A stretch of 64,000 bases of DNA from sequence record MG748548, one strand, 5' to 3'. Positions within the stretch are counted from its first letter, which is position 1, and each line of letters starts with the position of its first letter. Made by a program: the position numbers and the translations under genes. The DNA comes from Escherichia phage EP335. Below, in pieces: positions 47,544 to 57,398 of the stretch. Under the pieces are notes generated by a model. The model saw nothing but the letters and a program-made list of their open reading frames with translations. It was not told the origin of the DNA and searched no databases.

Positions 47544-48824
47544 TTAATCTGCGATACTGTCGCTTTCGTCCATCCAGACTGGACTGTTAACCTGTCCTAG
47601 ACGACGAGCTGATGTTTCGTTAATAGAGTTAACCCCTGCTGTGCGAGGGTTTGTGTACCACGGTCGAGCTATGGTGCCCTCTCGAATCACTTGGTTCGTT
47701 TCGACATGCCATCTGTTTGATACCGTGTTGGCTCCGAAGTTACCACCCGCCCCACCACTAACAGGTACAGCTTGAGCTGGTTGGTTTACTCGGTTAGTTC
47801 CTGCCCCAAAGGCTGCTGCAAATTCAGACACACGTGCATCAAATGAAGAACGAACACGCTGAGTAGGTGATATATCATTTCGTGTATCTACTGCACGAGG
47901 CATAGCCCAAGTATCATCTGTTGAGATATCAGGGGTAGGCTCTTGCTCTAGAGGTTGAAGATTAGCTGTCCATTGACTATTCAGTATACGATAGAAATCT
48001 GCACCATAACCACTTCGGATAACATCCTCTCTGACACCAAAGAAGCGACTGATATCCCCACCGATTCGGGCTAGTTTGTCATTGTATGCAGGTATGATTA
48101 TTCCACCCTCTGTCACTAAATCAGAGACACGACTTGTTGTAAGTGGTGAAGTGATCCAACAATAATAATCAGTAATGTGACCATCGTATCCGAAGAATGC
48201 AATCTCTGCATCAGGCCATTTCTTGTGGACATATGCCACTTCACGGTTAGAACAAACAGGGATTGCACCTGTTTCAGTCATTGCATAGAAGCCGTCAGAA
48301 GAGAACCAAAGTGAATCTAGTGCTAAGAATCCACGACACACGCTCGGGAAAGTAGCAGCCAGCGCCCCAAGTGAGGTAGGTTCATTGAACATTAACTGAA
48401 TCTTTGCACCCTGATAATTAATCTCTAGGATATCTACAAAATTCAAAGAAGACCCAGGGGCATATTGATTATTACTTCGTCCAATATCCTGCTCAATGAG
48501 AAGAGATCTTGTTTCAACACCATGAGCCTCTGCCCACTCTTTGAAATCTTCAAGGAACAAGCGAGCCTTAGCTCGCCACATCGACCGATCAATTACAGAC
48601 TGTCTCGGCAATCCACCCTCTGTAGTGATGAGAAAGATATCAATGTCGTGAGGTTCACGCGTCTGAAAGATTGCATCCCTAACAGCACCACCTGCAATGA
48701 TAGGGTACACACCATCAGGGATTAAACGGTTTGCAATCAACTCGTTAATTAACGTAAGACCAGACACAAGCTGCGGACTATCATCAATCCGTCGACGAAT
48801 TAGTGCATTAGGGATATTATACAT
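47544..48824 (-). CDS. Pol-beta superfamily nucleotidyltransferase with CCA-adding-enzyme-like head motif and G/N/A-rich C-terminal region
   Basis: IIAGGAVRDAIFQTREPHDIDIF (GGxVRD ... DxD); C-terminal ~120 aa low complexity. Confidence 0.55.
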   Translation of the reverse strand: MYNIPNALIRRRIDDSPQLVSGLTLINELIANRLIPDGVYPIIAGGAVRDAIFQTREPHDIDIFLITTEGGLPRQSVIDRSMWRAKARLFLEDFKEWAEAHGVETRSLLIEQDIGRSNNQYAPGSSLNFVDILEINYQGAKIQLMFNEPTSLGALAATFPSVCRGFLALDSLWFSSDGFYAMTETGAIPVCSNREVAYVHKKWPDAEIAFFGYDGHITDYYCWITSPLTTSRVSDLVTEGGIIIPAYNDKLARIGGDISRFFGVREDVIRSGYGADFYRILNSQWTANLQPLEQEPTPDISTDDTWAMPRAVDTRNDISPTQRVRSSFDARVSEFAAAFGAGTNRVNQPAQAVPVSGGAGGNFGANTVSNRWHVETNQVIREGTIARPWYTNPRTAGVNSINETSARRLGQVNSPVWMDESDSIAD

Positions 48825-49373
48825 TTACATTTTCCAATATAAAGATGGGGGGTCATTTGGGTCAAAGTTTGCAATATGACAAAGATATTTATAAACCTTA
48901 ACCGTTAAGTTTACGTCCTGTTCACAATAAGTAAACATGTCCTCTGTAAAGGCATCCCATGCTTCTTCCTGTTCACCGTAATCGCCCTTAAGCTCTTCTA
49001 AGAACTCACCCCATTGCTTTAAGCCATGACCTCTTGGGCCATGTCTAGGGTCGCCTTTCGGATACTCAGGACTGTCACCAATACGGTCAGGTTTAAGATA
49101 CCGACTCAGACATAAAGTGTCTAGGACGTTGAATTTGTATTTGATTAATTTCGGATATACTTTCTTCAGAGCTGGAAGGTCGAAGTCAATAATATTATGA
49201 CCTACAACAATATCAGCCTCTGTAAGTTTCTTGATACCCTCTTCAATCTGGTGAGGACGAAATCCCCACCGTTCACCAGTTGCTATATCGAAGATAAAGA
49301 TACACCATACGTTTGTGATATTGTCGTACAGTGCATCACTCTCAATATCAAATGCGTAGACTTTCTTTACCAC
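48825..49373 (-). CDS. stand-alone 3'-5' exonuclease (DnaQ-like DEDDy)
   Basis: Exo I FDIESD, Exo [11 protein letters not shown], Exo III YCEQDV; sits directly after primase-helicase as in T7 gene 4 / gene 5 order. Confidence 0.75.
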   Translation of the reverse strand: MVKKVYAFDIESDALYDNITNVWCIFIFDIATGERWGFRPHQIEEGIKKLTEADIVVGHNIIDFDLPALKKVYPKLIKYKFNVLDTLCLSRYLKPDRIGDSPEYPKGDPRHGPRGHGLKQWGEFLEELKGDYGEQEEAWDAFTEDMFTYCEQDVNLTVKVYKYLCHIANFDPNDPPSLYWKM

Positions 49374-51157
49374 GGGCTTTTCTCTCCATCTTGAGCAAGA
49401 AGTGATGCTGCATCCTCTCCATTTGTCAGCGAGAATGGATTTTCTTCATCAATTTCATGATCTTCACGCTCAAGCAACCGTCCCGTCTCTCCTACATACT
49501 TCGTATAGCACACCCCTGTTTGTCCATAGTTACGCTCTTTGAGGAGTCGTATAATGGATAGGTTCTTAGCCAGACCATCTGCTTGTTTGTCACGTTCAAA
49601 ACCGATGATACATTGACACCAACGCATAAGAGAACGAGAACCAGTAAACTGTACCTCTCGAACCTGACCACCTTCTTCATGAGGTGCACCACCTGCCGGA
49701 GCATTAAGATGAGATAGCACGAATGCTGTGAAGTTTAATTCTTGACACATACCAGCAAGCTCTGAAGCAATCTTACTGATTTCAGTGTTAATCTCTGAAG
49801 GTGTTAAATGGGATACCAGAGCGGTAATGTTATCAAGGATGATAAACTTACACTGGTTTTCAACAACCCAGAAACGGATACACTGTTTAATGTCGGCCCA
49901 TTCATTCTGACCAAAGTTATCATAGAGGAAGAATTTATCTGCATATCGAAGAGCTTCGTTACGCAATGTATCTTCATCATACTCAACATCAGGTCTGTGG
50001 AAAGGAATAGATGCTGACTTACCTGCAATATTCTTAACGGACATTCCGACCTTCTCTTCCAAGAAGAATCCACCACCATTAAAACCATGCTCAAGACAAA
50101 GCCAAGCAACCAGTTCATGTGCAATCAATGTTTTACCAGAGCCTACACCTCCACCAATTGCTACCATCTCTCCCCAACGAATACCGTAGGTCATCTCATT
50201 AAGAGTCTTCCACGGATATGGGATACCCCACTCTGCTTTCTTCAGAGCATCATCTAAGCAATCAAAAACAGTTACAGCACCAGCTGGGGATTCCCGCTTC
50301 GCTGAATATTTAAGAATGTTAAACAACTCCTGACCACGACCAGAGAGGAGCATATCATTCGCATCTTTAAGCTCTTTCTCAACACCGTTGTACTGGAAAG
50401 AACCTTTAGGAATACGAGCAAACTTCACATGGGGGAACAGAGCACGCCCTTTGGTAAGAGCAATCTCACCAGCATCATCGTTGTCCATACAGAGAACAAC
50501 CTCTTCAAAACCATTCAAGAACTCACGGTTGCGAGATAAAACGGAAGAGATTGACCCTGCACCGAAGGGTAAAGAGACGCACGCTGGTTTAATATTTGTT
50601 GCATTTGTAAAAGCTGTAAGAACATGGAAACCAGACATGCAAGACAAAGGGTCTTCAAAGATGAAGAGCTTCTTATTGTACACATCTCCACGTTTAGCCT
50701 GTGCCATACCAAACAAATCAGCTTCTTTCACACTACCGATGTAATAAAACTTTTTACTATCAAGTAGTTTAACCTCATAACCAACAATGTTTCCATCACG
50801 TTCACGAGGGAAGAAGTAACTGTCTGGTGTCTGACCATCAGTTTGACTGAGACCGATACGACATTCAAAACGCTCTGATACAGCTTTAGGGATTAATCGA
50901 CGAGTGAGTTCTCCTTGAGGTAACTCCAAGCAATCATCCAAGACTTCTCGAAGTTCTTCAGGGGACAGCTCTTTCTTTTCGTTTGGTGTAGGTGTCGTGC
51001 CTTTCTCAAAGACTTCGTAATTACCACACCGGTTACAACTACCCCACTCTTCACCGGATTCCTCATTACGGAAGAGAATCATGTGATTGTGGGTTTTATC
51101 ACGACCATGAGAGATGCACTCTTTACAGCCTGTATCTCCCAAAATGATCTTTGACAT
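49367..51157 (-). CDS. DNA primase-helicase (T7 gp4-like)
   Basis: N-terminal zinc ribbon CKEC...[22 protein letters not shown], Walker [10 protein letters not shown], Walker B FIILDN. Confidence 0.85.
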   Translation of the reverse strand: MSKIILGDTGCKECISHGRDKTHNHMILFRNEESGEEWGSCNRCGNYEVFEKGTTPTPNEKKELSPEELREVLDDCLELPQGELTRRLIPKAVSERFECRIGLSQTDGQTPDSYFFPRERDGNIVGYEVKLLDSKKFYYIGSVKEADLFGMAQAKRGDVYNKKLFIFEDPLSCMSGFHVLTAFTNATNIKPACVSLPFGAGSISSVLSRNREFLNGFEEVVLCMDNDDAGEIALTKGRALFPHVKFARIPKGSFQYNGVEKELKDANDMLLSGRGQELFNILKYSAKRESPAGAVTVFDCLDDALKKAEWGIPYPWKTLNEMTYGIRWGEMVAIGGGVGSGKTLIAHELVAWLCLEHGFNGGGFFLEEKVGMSVKNIAGKSASIPFHRPDVEYDEDTLRNEALRYADKFFLYDNFGQNEWADIKQCIRFWVVENQCKFIILDNITALVSHLTPSEINTEISKIASELAGMCQELNFTAFVLSHLNAPAGGAPHEEGGQVREVQFTGSRSLMRWCQCIIGFERDKQADGLAKNLSIIRLLKERNYGQTGVCYTKYVGETGRLLEREDHEIDEENPFSLTNGEDAASLLAQDGEKSPW

Positions 51158-51194
51158 GCTCTATCCTCCTTGGATTCTCCTTGAGCAAACTACC

Positions 51195-51404
51195 TTACTT
51201 ATAAAAACTTCGAATCATGTCCCAGATTTCTTCCTGCTGGACCCTAAAGAAAGCTAAACGTGTCGATGTACGTTCAATAAATTCTTCACTATGCTTTTCT
51301 CTATCTAGCATACTGACAAGCTTTTCATATTTATTGATCTTCCATCGCATTTTTAAATAGTCTGATTCCAGTGTCCTTAACCTCTGACACTCAATCAAAC
51401 CCAT
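51195..51404 (-). CDS. hypothetical protein
   Basis: ORF track 69 aa. Confidence 0.4.
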   Translation of the reverse strand: MGLIECQRLRTLESDYLKMRWKINKYEKLVSMLDREKHSEEFIERTSTRLAFFRVQQEEIWDMIRSFYK

Positions 51405-51823
51405 TAGTTATCCTCTGACAGATAAAGAGACCAGTCACCAGATTCAACCAGCTCATCCTGCTCTTCATCGATGTGATAAATCCAAGCAGTGATAGTTTCA
51501 CCACTATCCATTACAACTTCGATAGGAGTACGCTTATAGAAAGTGTGTGGGTTGTCATTACCGCGATGCCCTTCCAGCATATCATAAGCACCCTCAACAC
51601 CATCCATATCCGTCTTAAATACTTCAACACGAACAGGTTTACCGTTGCTGTTGTGTTCCAGAGAAACACTTGGGAAGTATGAACCACCGTAGCGGTACAA
51701 GTTGTAGTTTTCTTTAGTGAAGCCTTCACCAATTGATTCAGCACCTGCACGAGCATTCACTCGGAAGTTGGCCTGACCAGTGCGAAGAGAACCGTAAGTT
51801 GCTACATAAATTACTTCTGACAT
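51404..51823 (-). CDS. gamma-glutamyl cyclotransferase-like (AIG2/GGCT family) protein
   Basis: N-terminal YVATYGSLRTG motif typical of AIG2/GGCT fold. Confidence 0.5.
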   Translation of the reverse strand: MSEVIYVATYGSLRTGQANFRVNARAGAESIGEGFTKENYNLYRYGGSYFPSVSLEHNSNGKPVRVEVFKTDMDGVEGAYDMLEGHRGNDNPHTFYKRTPIEVVMDSGETITAWIYHIDEEQDELVESGDWSLYLSEDN

Positions 51824-51824
51824 T

Positions 51825-52034
51825 TTAAATACCTTTCCAATCGTTCATGATTTTTTCAATATAAGCACACTGTTGATCAGTGGCACCTGTTACAAATATT
51901 TCACACCCTAACTGTTCACAGAAAGGATTGAGTATTAAGATTTGAGATTTACCATATGAGTGATGCTCTCTGTAAATAACACAACCAGCATCCCAAACTG
52001 AATCTAATGCCTTACTTAACCTTTTGTGTTTCAT
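51825..52034 (-). CDS. hypothetical protein
   Basis: ORF track 69 aa. Confidence 0.35.
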   Translation of the reverse strand: MKHKRLSKALDSVWDAGCVIYREHHSYGKSQILILNPFCEQLGCEIFVTGATDQQCAYIEKIMNDWKGI

Positions 52035-52090
52035 ACAGTCTCCAGTTAATCCGAACTAGCCTCCTCTTTCGAAGAAGCTAGAGCAGATTG

Positions 52091-52273
52091 CTATGCTGTG
52101 AAGTTTTTGATTACACCGCAAATAACATCTGTTTCAAACGTACCCACCAGAACATCGTCTCGGTAGAAATTAATCGCTTTACCATCTCGGTTAAAGTGAT
52201 CTGCTTCAATGAGCATAGATTGTACCTGACCATCTGGGGTGGAGGTTCGAAAGATGACGTTATACTGACTCAT
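52091..52273 (-). CDS. hypothetical protein
   Basis: ORF track 60 aa. Confidence 0.3.
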   Translation of the reverse strand: MSQYNVIFRTSTPDGQVQSMLIEADHFNRDGKAINFYRDDVLVGTFETDVICGVIKNFTA

Positions 52274-52512
52274 AAAGAAGTTACTCCCTTATCTTCTTGA
52301 GCGATAGAGATGATACGACTCACACACTGCATTGAGTACTCATCACCACGCTTTAGGAACGTTACGATAGCAGAGAATTGATTACCAATCATCCGCTCAT
52401 TTGTAATACCGAACTCTTTGCAGAGTTCTTTCAGTTTGCTACGAGAACCAATAATCAGAGGTTCTTTTTCTTCAGTCATTCCACGACTAATCAAATCTTC
52501 AATAGACAACAT
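52270..52512 (-). CDS. hypothetical protein
   Basis: ORF track 80 aa. Confidence 0.35.
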   Translation of the reverse strand: MLSIEDLISRGMTEEKEPLIIGSRSKLKELCKEFGITNERMIGNQFSAIVTFLKRGDEYSMQCVSRIISIAQEDKGVTSL

Positions 52513-52535
52513 AATTCCATTCCTTGGGGGTTTAA

Positions 52536-53753
52536 TTAAAAGTTTACTGCTTCACCATCAACGGTAGTTACTGATGCAAGACGACGAACACGGCCAATCT
52601 GTTCACGACTGATTGGAGTATTCCAACCAGAGCGATAGAAGTTGCGACCACAGAAGAACACAACAACATTAGAAGCAATCCGTCCGTAGTTACGATCAGG
52701 GTGATTGATGTTAGCAAGATAATAACCACGGGTCAAGTTTGCATTTTCGTTGATATGCCGAGCATTTGGTGCAGTTGTTTCAGCTTGCATCATTTCAGGA
52801 ACATCTTCTACGATAGGCTCAACCGTAGGTTCATCACCAGCTAAAGCAAAGTTCTCATCAGCAGCCTCTTCTGCATCATCTTCCAGCTCCACAGTTTCCT
52901 GAATAACTGGCAGAGGGTATGCTACACGATACTCAGGGTTTTGACCACGGAGAGATTCAACATACTGCAAGAAGTTGTGCTGGTAAGTTTCCAGAGTTGT
53001 ACCAGTCAGGCCCGGAGCGGTATTAACTTCTAACACCCACGCTTCCTCACCTTTACTGATAAGATCAACAGCACCAAAGTTAAGACCGAGTGCTTGTACT
53101 GCTTTGTGCGCTTGAATTAGAACCTGATCAGGTGGTGAATCATTAAAAGAGTTGGAATAAACCCAACCAGTGTGGTGATTACGAACATCTTCACGATAGT
53201 CAGGGTTATCACGATACCCATTACGACGAATCTTCTTCTGGACGTAAGTAATAACACCTTCAAAAACATGCACACGCCATTCACGACGTGGACCAGTGAT
53301 TGCTTTTGTATACAGAGGAGCCTCAGCAACACCCTCACGAGGAAGACGAACAGTGATGCCTTCACCAGAGTGACCATTAAGTACACCACGTTCGTAAACA
53401 ATACTGTTTTGGTTCCAGTTAAGTGCTTCATCTCGGTTAGTGGTATACTCAACAGTCTTGACTTCCGCAAGACGCATGGCATTGAAAGCTGCAACCTTGT
53501 TAGCCGCACGATTCAATGCTGCTACGTTGTTCAGAACCGTTGCACCTTCGAAGAAGGATTCTTGATAACGACGGTTTCCATAGTTGATAATCACGTCACC
53601 AGAACGAGCACGGAATCGGCTGGTTCCATCAGACAGAAGAGCCATTGCGTTGGCATTGATTCGGTTGTCACGGAGATGTTGATTCAAGCTGGATACCAGA
53701 GCATTAACAGAATCAGAAGGGCCATAAGGGAGAACACGGATACGAGTAGTCAT
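52536..53753 (-). CDS. ATP-grasp family ligase with ~130-aa C-terminal extension
   Basis: ATP-grasp hallmark WVLEVNTAPGLTG near residue 260; acidic linker then extra C-terminal domain. Confidence 0.55.
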   Translation of the reverse strand: MTTRIRVLPYGPSDSVNALVSSLNQHLRDNRINANAMALLSDGTSRFRARSGDVIINYGNRRYQESFFEGATVLNNVAALNRAANKVAAFNAMRLAEVKTVEYTTNRDEALNWNQNSIVYERGVLNGHSGEGITVRLPREGVAEAPLYTKAITGPRREWRVHVFEGVITYVQKKIRRNGYRDNPDYREDVRNHHTGWVYSNSFNDSPPDQVLIQAHKAVQALGLNFGAVDLISKGEEAWVLEVNTAPGLTGTTLETYQHNFLQYVESLRGQNPEYRVAYPLPVIQETVELEDDAEEAADENFALAGDEPTVEPIVEDVPEMMQAETTAPNARHINENANLTRGYYLANINHPDRNYGRIASNVVVFFCGRNFYRSGWNTPISREQIGRVRRLASVTTVDGEAVNF

Positions 53754-53755
53754 TT

Positions 53756-53989
53756 TTAGATACCTTTAAGTTTAAGAATTTCGTTGCGAGTACGTTGGAT
53801 ACGTTCTTCAAGAGTATGATAATCAAAGATGCACATCTCTTCTGCTTCATCAGAAGGTGCATCCATTAAACCCATAGCAATCGGATACACCTTTCGCTGT
53901 TCCGTTGTCATGTCCTGTAGCCGGAGTCGTTGATACTCCAGCAGGGTAATTTTCGGCTTGTTAGTTTCCTTGCTTGACATGAGGCTCAA
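53756..53989 (-). CDS. hypothetical protein
   Basis: ORF track 77 aa. Confidence 0.35.
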   Translation of the reverse strand: MSLMSSKETNKPKITLLEYQRLRLQDMTTEQRKVYPIAMGLMDAPSDEAEEMCIFDYHTLEERIQRTRNEILKLKGI

Positions 53990-54194
53990 CCTTGATACCT
54001 TTCAGTTTCACATAGTCAGCCAGCACGTTGTTAATAACTGTTGGGAAAGGAATCTCAACAGGTGCATTAACTAACCCACCAATACCCTCTTGCATCCACT
54101 TCTGGATTGCACGAAGGTTATCACATCCTGTGCTTGTCATTGGAATACGGCGAGTGGTTACAACGTTATCCAACATCATCTTACGAATTTCCAT
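53961..54194 (-). CDS. hypothetical protein
   Basis: ORF track 77 aa. Confidence 0.35.
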   Translation of the reverse strand: MEIRKMMLDNVVTTRRIPMTSTGCDNLRAIQKWMQEGIGGLVNAPVEIPFPTVINNVLADYVKLKGIKVEPHVKQGN

Positions 54195-54204
54195 AATACA
54201 CCTC

Positions 54205-56223
54205 TTAATTATGACCTTTACAGTGCACTGAATCGCACACCACTTGATTGGTATTGTTTAGTGTGCAGAGTTCTGCATCACGCCACGGAATCTTTTTAAA
54301 ACAGACTGCACAAAACCCAAGAGTAGACCAGAGGGCTTTTGTGAAGGTTGCTGATCGGTTTCCATCGAAGGACGCAACTGTTCTGGTAATTGAGACTTTT
54401 GACTCACGAAAGGTTTCCGCTGCTGGAGCGGGTTCCTCCTTTGGGGTAGTCACTGCAATAGCATAAACACCACCCCAACGCTTCTCAATGTAAGCACCGA
54501 ACACATCTTCCAGAGTGATTTCACTCTTACGTTTGGTTGAGGATTCCATGACAATCATGTTGTCCAGAATCTTTTGATCAACACGAAGAGCTACTTCAGG
54601 ACGTCGAGCACTTGTTGTATCAACATACTTGGTCCAAACATAACCCTCTTTCAGAGTGACTTGAGTTGCTTGCTTCTTTGCTTTATTAGCACAGATTTTA
54701 CAAACATCGTCACCACGAAGTTTACTGAACTCTTCATCAAATTCAAAGTCAGACTTCACTTCGCCGCACACTGAACAAACGCCGATAGGAATCTCATCCT
54801 CTTCAACGTCTTCCACTTGCTTCTGGATAGAATCAAAACAAGCTTTATGCCAATATGCTTGGTATGCGAAGATCGCACTTGGTGCTTCTTTCCAGTCAAT
54901 GTGCTTATCACATCCACCACAATCACCGTGGGAATGGGCTTCCCAGAACTTACGAGTGATAGTCACCCCATTCTTGCTGACAAAACTATCCTCTGCATCA
55001 AAAGGGATATCATCATCGAAATCAGCTGTAGTGCTTTCCGGCTCCTTTTTCGACAAGTCAAAGAAGTGACCAGAGATCAACACCAAACGAATCATGCTAT
55101 TAACTTCAGAGATACAGCCAACCGTACCACGGTAAACCATATGCTTGTTCTTAAGAGCAGCTTCGTAATCAGTTTGCAGGATGTTATGAACATCACCCTC
55201 AATATACTCTTGAGCTTTGTCATCATAAATATAACCAACCATCTTACCGCGATCGGTATCTTTATAACAAACAAACTCGTGAGGAATAATATCAACCTGC
55301 ATATCACGACGGACATCAACACCTTTGTCAGAGGCGATCTTGTTTTGTTTCAAGATTGCTTCACGACGACGTACATCACCTGCGGTTACGCCGGGCTTTC
55401 TTTGCTCGTCGCTGTTCCCGTTTACGTAACTTTTTGTCACGCTTGAGTGATTGTTGCTGTAGCTGTTCGAGTAATAACTTCCCCAACGCGTTGCTACCGT
55501 AAAAACCGGGAGTTCATGTACGACCTCCTCTACCAAAGTCATCTTGTTGTCAGAAACATCAAAGATGTACTCTGTACCGACTTTACACTCAAAGTGCTCA
55601 TCAATTCGGTTCTTGTGGCTCTTAGAACGCTGAAGAATCCACATTAGCATCGCTTCTTCTGAAGCACCAAACCATGAAGTTCCCAGACGGGCCAGATGGA
55701 AAGGACGTTCATCGTTACGAATGATGTGAAGACGGTTATCACTTGCATCATGCCAGATTAGAGTGAATGCACCATCCAACTTCTGAATAGTCTCTGCTGC
55801 ACCAATCTTGTTAATAGAGTGGCAGATGTTCTCACTATCAACCTCAAAAGCCTTACTGTCAGGCAGAAGGTCTTGATCAACTAAGGTTCCGTTATGAACC
55901 AGAGTAATATTTCCGTGAGAGAATGGGTGAGCGTTACGTGAGTTAATAGCGCCTTTCGTAGCATGTCGGCTGTGACCAACAATCCATGAAGGAGGCACTG
56001 TGTAATTAGTAAGGCCAGTTGTCAGCTCGGTGTACTCTTTCTGTAACATGAAAGCATAGGAAGGCAGTGCTTCTTTGTAAGAGAACACAGATCTTTCGCT
56101 TTTACGCTGACCGAAAATACCAGTTGAGTGTTGACCACGAAATACACCAGCATAAAGAAGCTGGTTGTAAATATCTAAGTCATAACTTGAGAGGCTTCCA
56201 CCTGCTAATACGATACCACAAAT
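54205..56223 (-). CDS. class-II (Ntn) glutamine amidotransferase domain protein with Cys-rich C-terminal domain; probable non-canonical ATT start
   Basis: in-frame upstream sequence K-I-CGIVLAGG...HSRHATKG...NAHPF...VHNG; Cys codon 56218-56220 preceded by ATT with aggtgga 7 nt upstream; track start is GTG 56088. Confidence 0.6.
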   Translation of the reverse strand: MCGIVLAGGSLSSYDLDIYNQLLYAGVFRGQHSTGIFGQRKSERSVFSYKEALPSYAFMLQKEYTELTTGLTNYTVPPSWIVGHSRHATKGAINSRNAHPFSHGNITLVHNGTLVDQDLLPDSKAFEVDSENICHSINKIGAAETIQKLDGAFTLIWHDASDNRLHIIRNDERPFHLARLGTSWFGASEEAMLMWILQRSKSHKNRIDEHFECKVGTEYIFDVSDNKMTLVEEVVHELPVFTVATRWGSYYSNSYSNNHSSVTKSYVNGNSDEQRKPGVTAGDVRRREAILKQNKIASDKGVDVRRDMQVDIIPHEFVCYKDTDRGKMVGYIYDDKAQEYIEGDVHNILQTDYEAALKNKHMVYRGTVGCISEVNSMIRLVLISGHFFDLSKKEPESTTADFDDDIPFDAEDSFVSKNGVTITRKFWEAHSHGDCGGCDKHIDWKEAPSAIFAYQAYWHKACFDSIQKQVEDVEEDEIPIGVCSVCGEVKSDFEFDEEFSKLRGDDVCKICANKAKKQATQVTLKEGYVWTKYVDTTSARRPEVALRVDQKILDNMIVMESSTKRKSEITLEDVFGAYIEKRWGGVYAIAVTTPKEEPAPAAETFRESKVSITRTVASFDGNRSATFTKALWSTLGFCAVCFKKIPWRDAELCTLNNTNQVVCDSVHCKGHN

Positions 56224-56297
56224 TTTCTAATCCACCTGAAGGGTAAACCCTTTCATCTAATTAACCTTTAGTTGTGCCCCTTTCGAGGCACCCATTG

Positions 56298-57398
56298 TTA
56301 CAGCAGTCGTTCTAACTGAATTTCCAAGTGATCTGGAATATATTCAGTGACGTTGTTATCGGAGACGCCAGATTCACGCATCATGTTGAGCATGCTACGA
56401 ATCTGTCCTTCTGTTGCTTCACGAGTTTCACTAATCTCTGTTTCATACAGAGCCATGATCTCGTTATGAACATCTTGAGCATTACCACGGACATATCCGA
56501 GGAAGCCATAGAAGTCAGACATATCACGAAGGGATACAACTACCGACCCACTATTATCAAGAGTTTGTAAACGAATACGCCCAACCTGACGGACAGAACG
56601 ATTACGACAGAACAGGATATCACGAGCCAGACGATAACCACTATCAAGATCTTCGTGTCTTGGGGTGTAGTCTAGAGGTAGGTGAGGGAGCATAGGGTCA
56701 AAACGAACCCTGTTAAGCATCTCAACAAACTCTTCATTGTCCATCTCTGCATTTTCAACTGCTAATTTCTTAAGAACCAAGAAGCGGTTTACCAGATTTA
56801 ACAGCTGACCTTTCTTCCACTTAGGCTCTGAGATACGGAACTCAACAGAACCGAACTGAGCCAGAGGAAGTAGGTTAAGTGATGTGTACTTATCCCAACG
56901 ATCAACAATGTGTCGGAAGAAGTTCTCACCTTCGTAGTTAAATGCTTCAGAAGCATTCATTACTTGAGCCTGCACTACCGCAAAAGCAGGACAGAAATTA
57001 CTACGGTAACGGTGATAACCAGAGCACTTAAACATCAATGCTTCATAGAAAGTCCACCCAAGGATAACTTTCTTAACGATATTGCTATCAGCATCTCGCA
57101 TATCCATATGAACGTGAGTGGAACAGCGCCAAGTCCCTTCTGCTTCGGACTCCATCACTGCCTCACTCAGATTGTTGATAGCGTCAAACAGTTCTACACC
57201 ATTGTAAGGGCGAGAACAGACCATTTCACATCCGTTGCGAAGCGAGCCATCCTCTGTACATTCCCACATATCTGCTTCGATATGATCGTCACCTTCAAGC
57301 TCCAGCTCAATACCAATACCGCATTGGAATGCGATACTCGGATGTGCTTCACTCAGACGATTACTACGGTATCCAAAAGCTTGCGCTACAGTTGTCAT
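56298..57398 (-). CDS. amidoligase-like (glutamine-synthetase-fold COOH-NH2 ligase) candidate
   Basis: N-terminal G.E.E strand motif FQCGIGIELELEG and His/Glu-rich core; assignment tentative. Confidence 0.4.
   Translation of the reverse strand: MTTVAQAFGYRSNRLSEAHPSIAFQCGIGIELELEGDDHIEADMWECTEDGSLRNGCEMVCSRPYNGVELFDAINNLSEAVMESEAEGTWRCSTHVHMDMRDADSNIVKKVILGWTFYEALMFKCSGYHRYRSNFCPAFAVVQAQVMNASEAFNYEGENFFRHIVDRWDKYTSLNLLPLAQFGSVEFRISEPKWKKGQLLNLVNRFLVLKKLAVENAEMDNEEFVEMLNRVRFDPMLPHLPLDYTPRHEDLDSGYRLARDILFCRNRSVRQVGRIRLQTLDNSGSVVVSLRDMSDFYGFLGYVRGNAQDVHNEIMALYETEISETREATEGQIRSMLNMMRESGVSDNNVTEYIPDHLEIQLERLL

Noticed and set aside
48815-48832. TAAATGTATAAT resembling the TAATGTATA promoter motif
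   Set aside because: It is the stop/start junction of two coupled genes (TAA of the exonuclease gene followed by ATG-TAT-AAT = Met-Tyr-Asn of the nucleotidyltransferase), so the match is explained by coding sequence.
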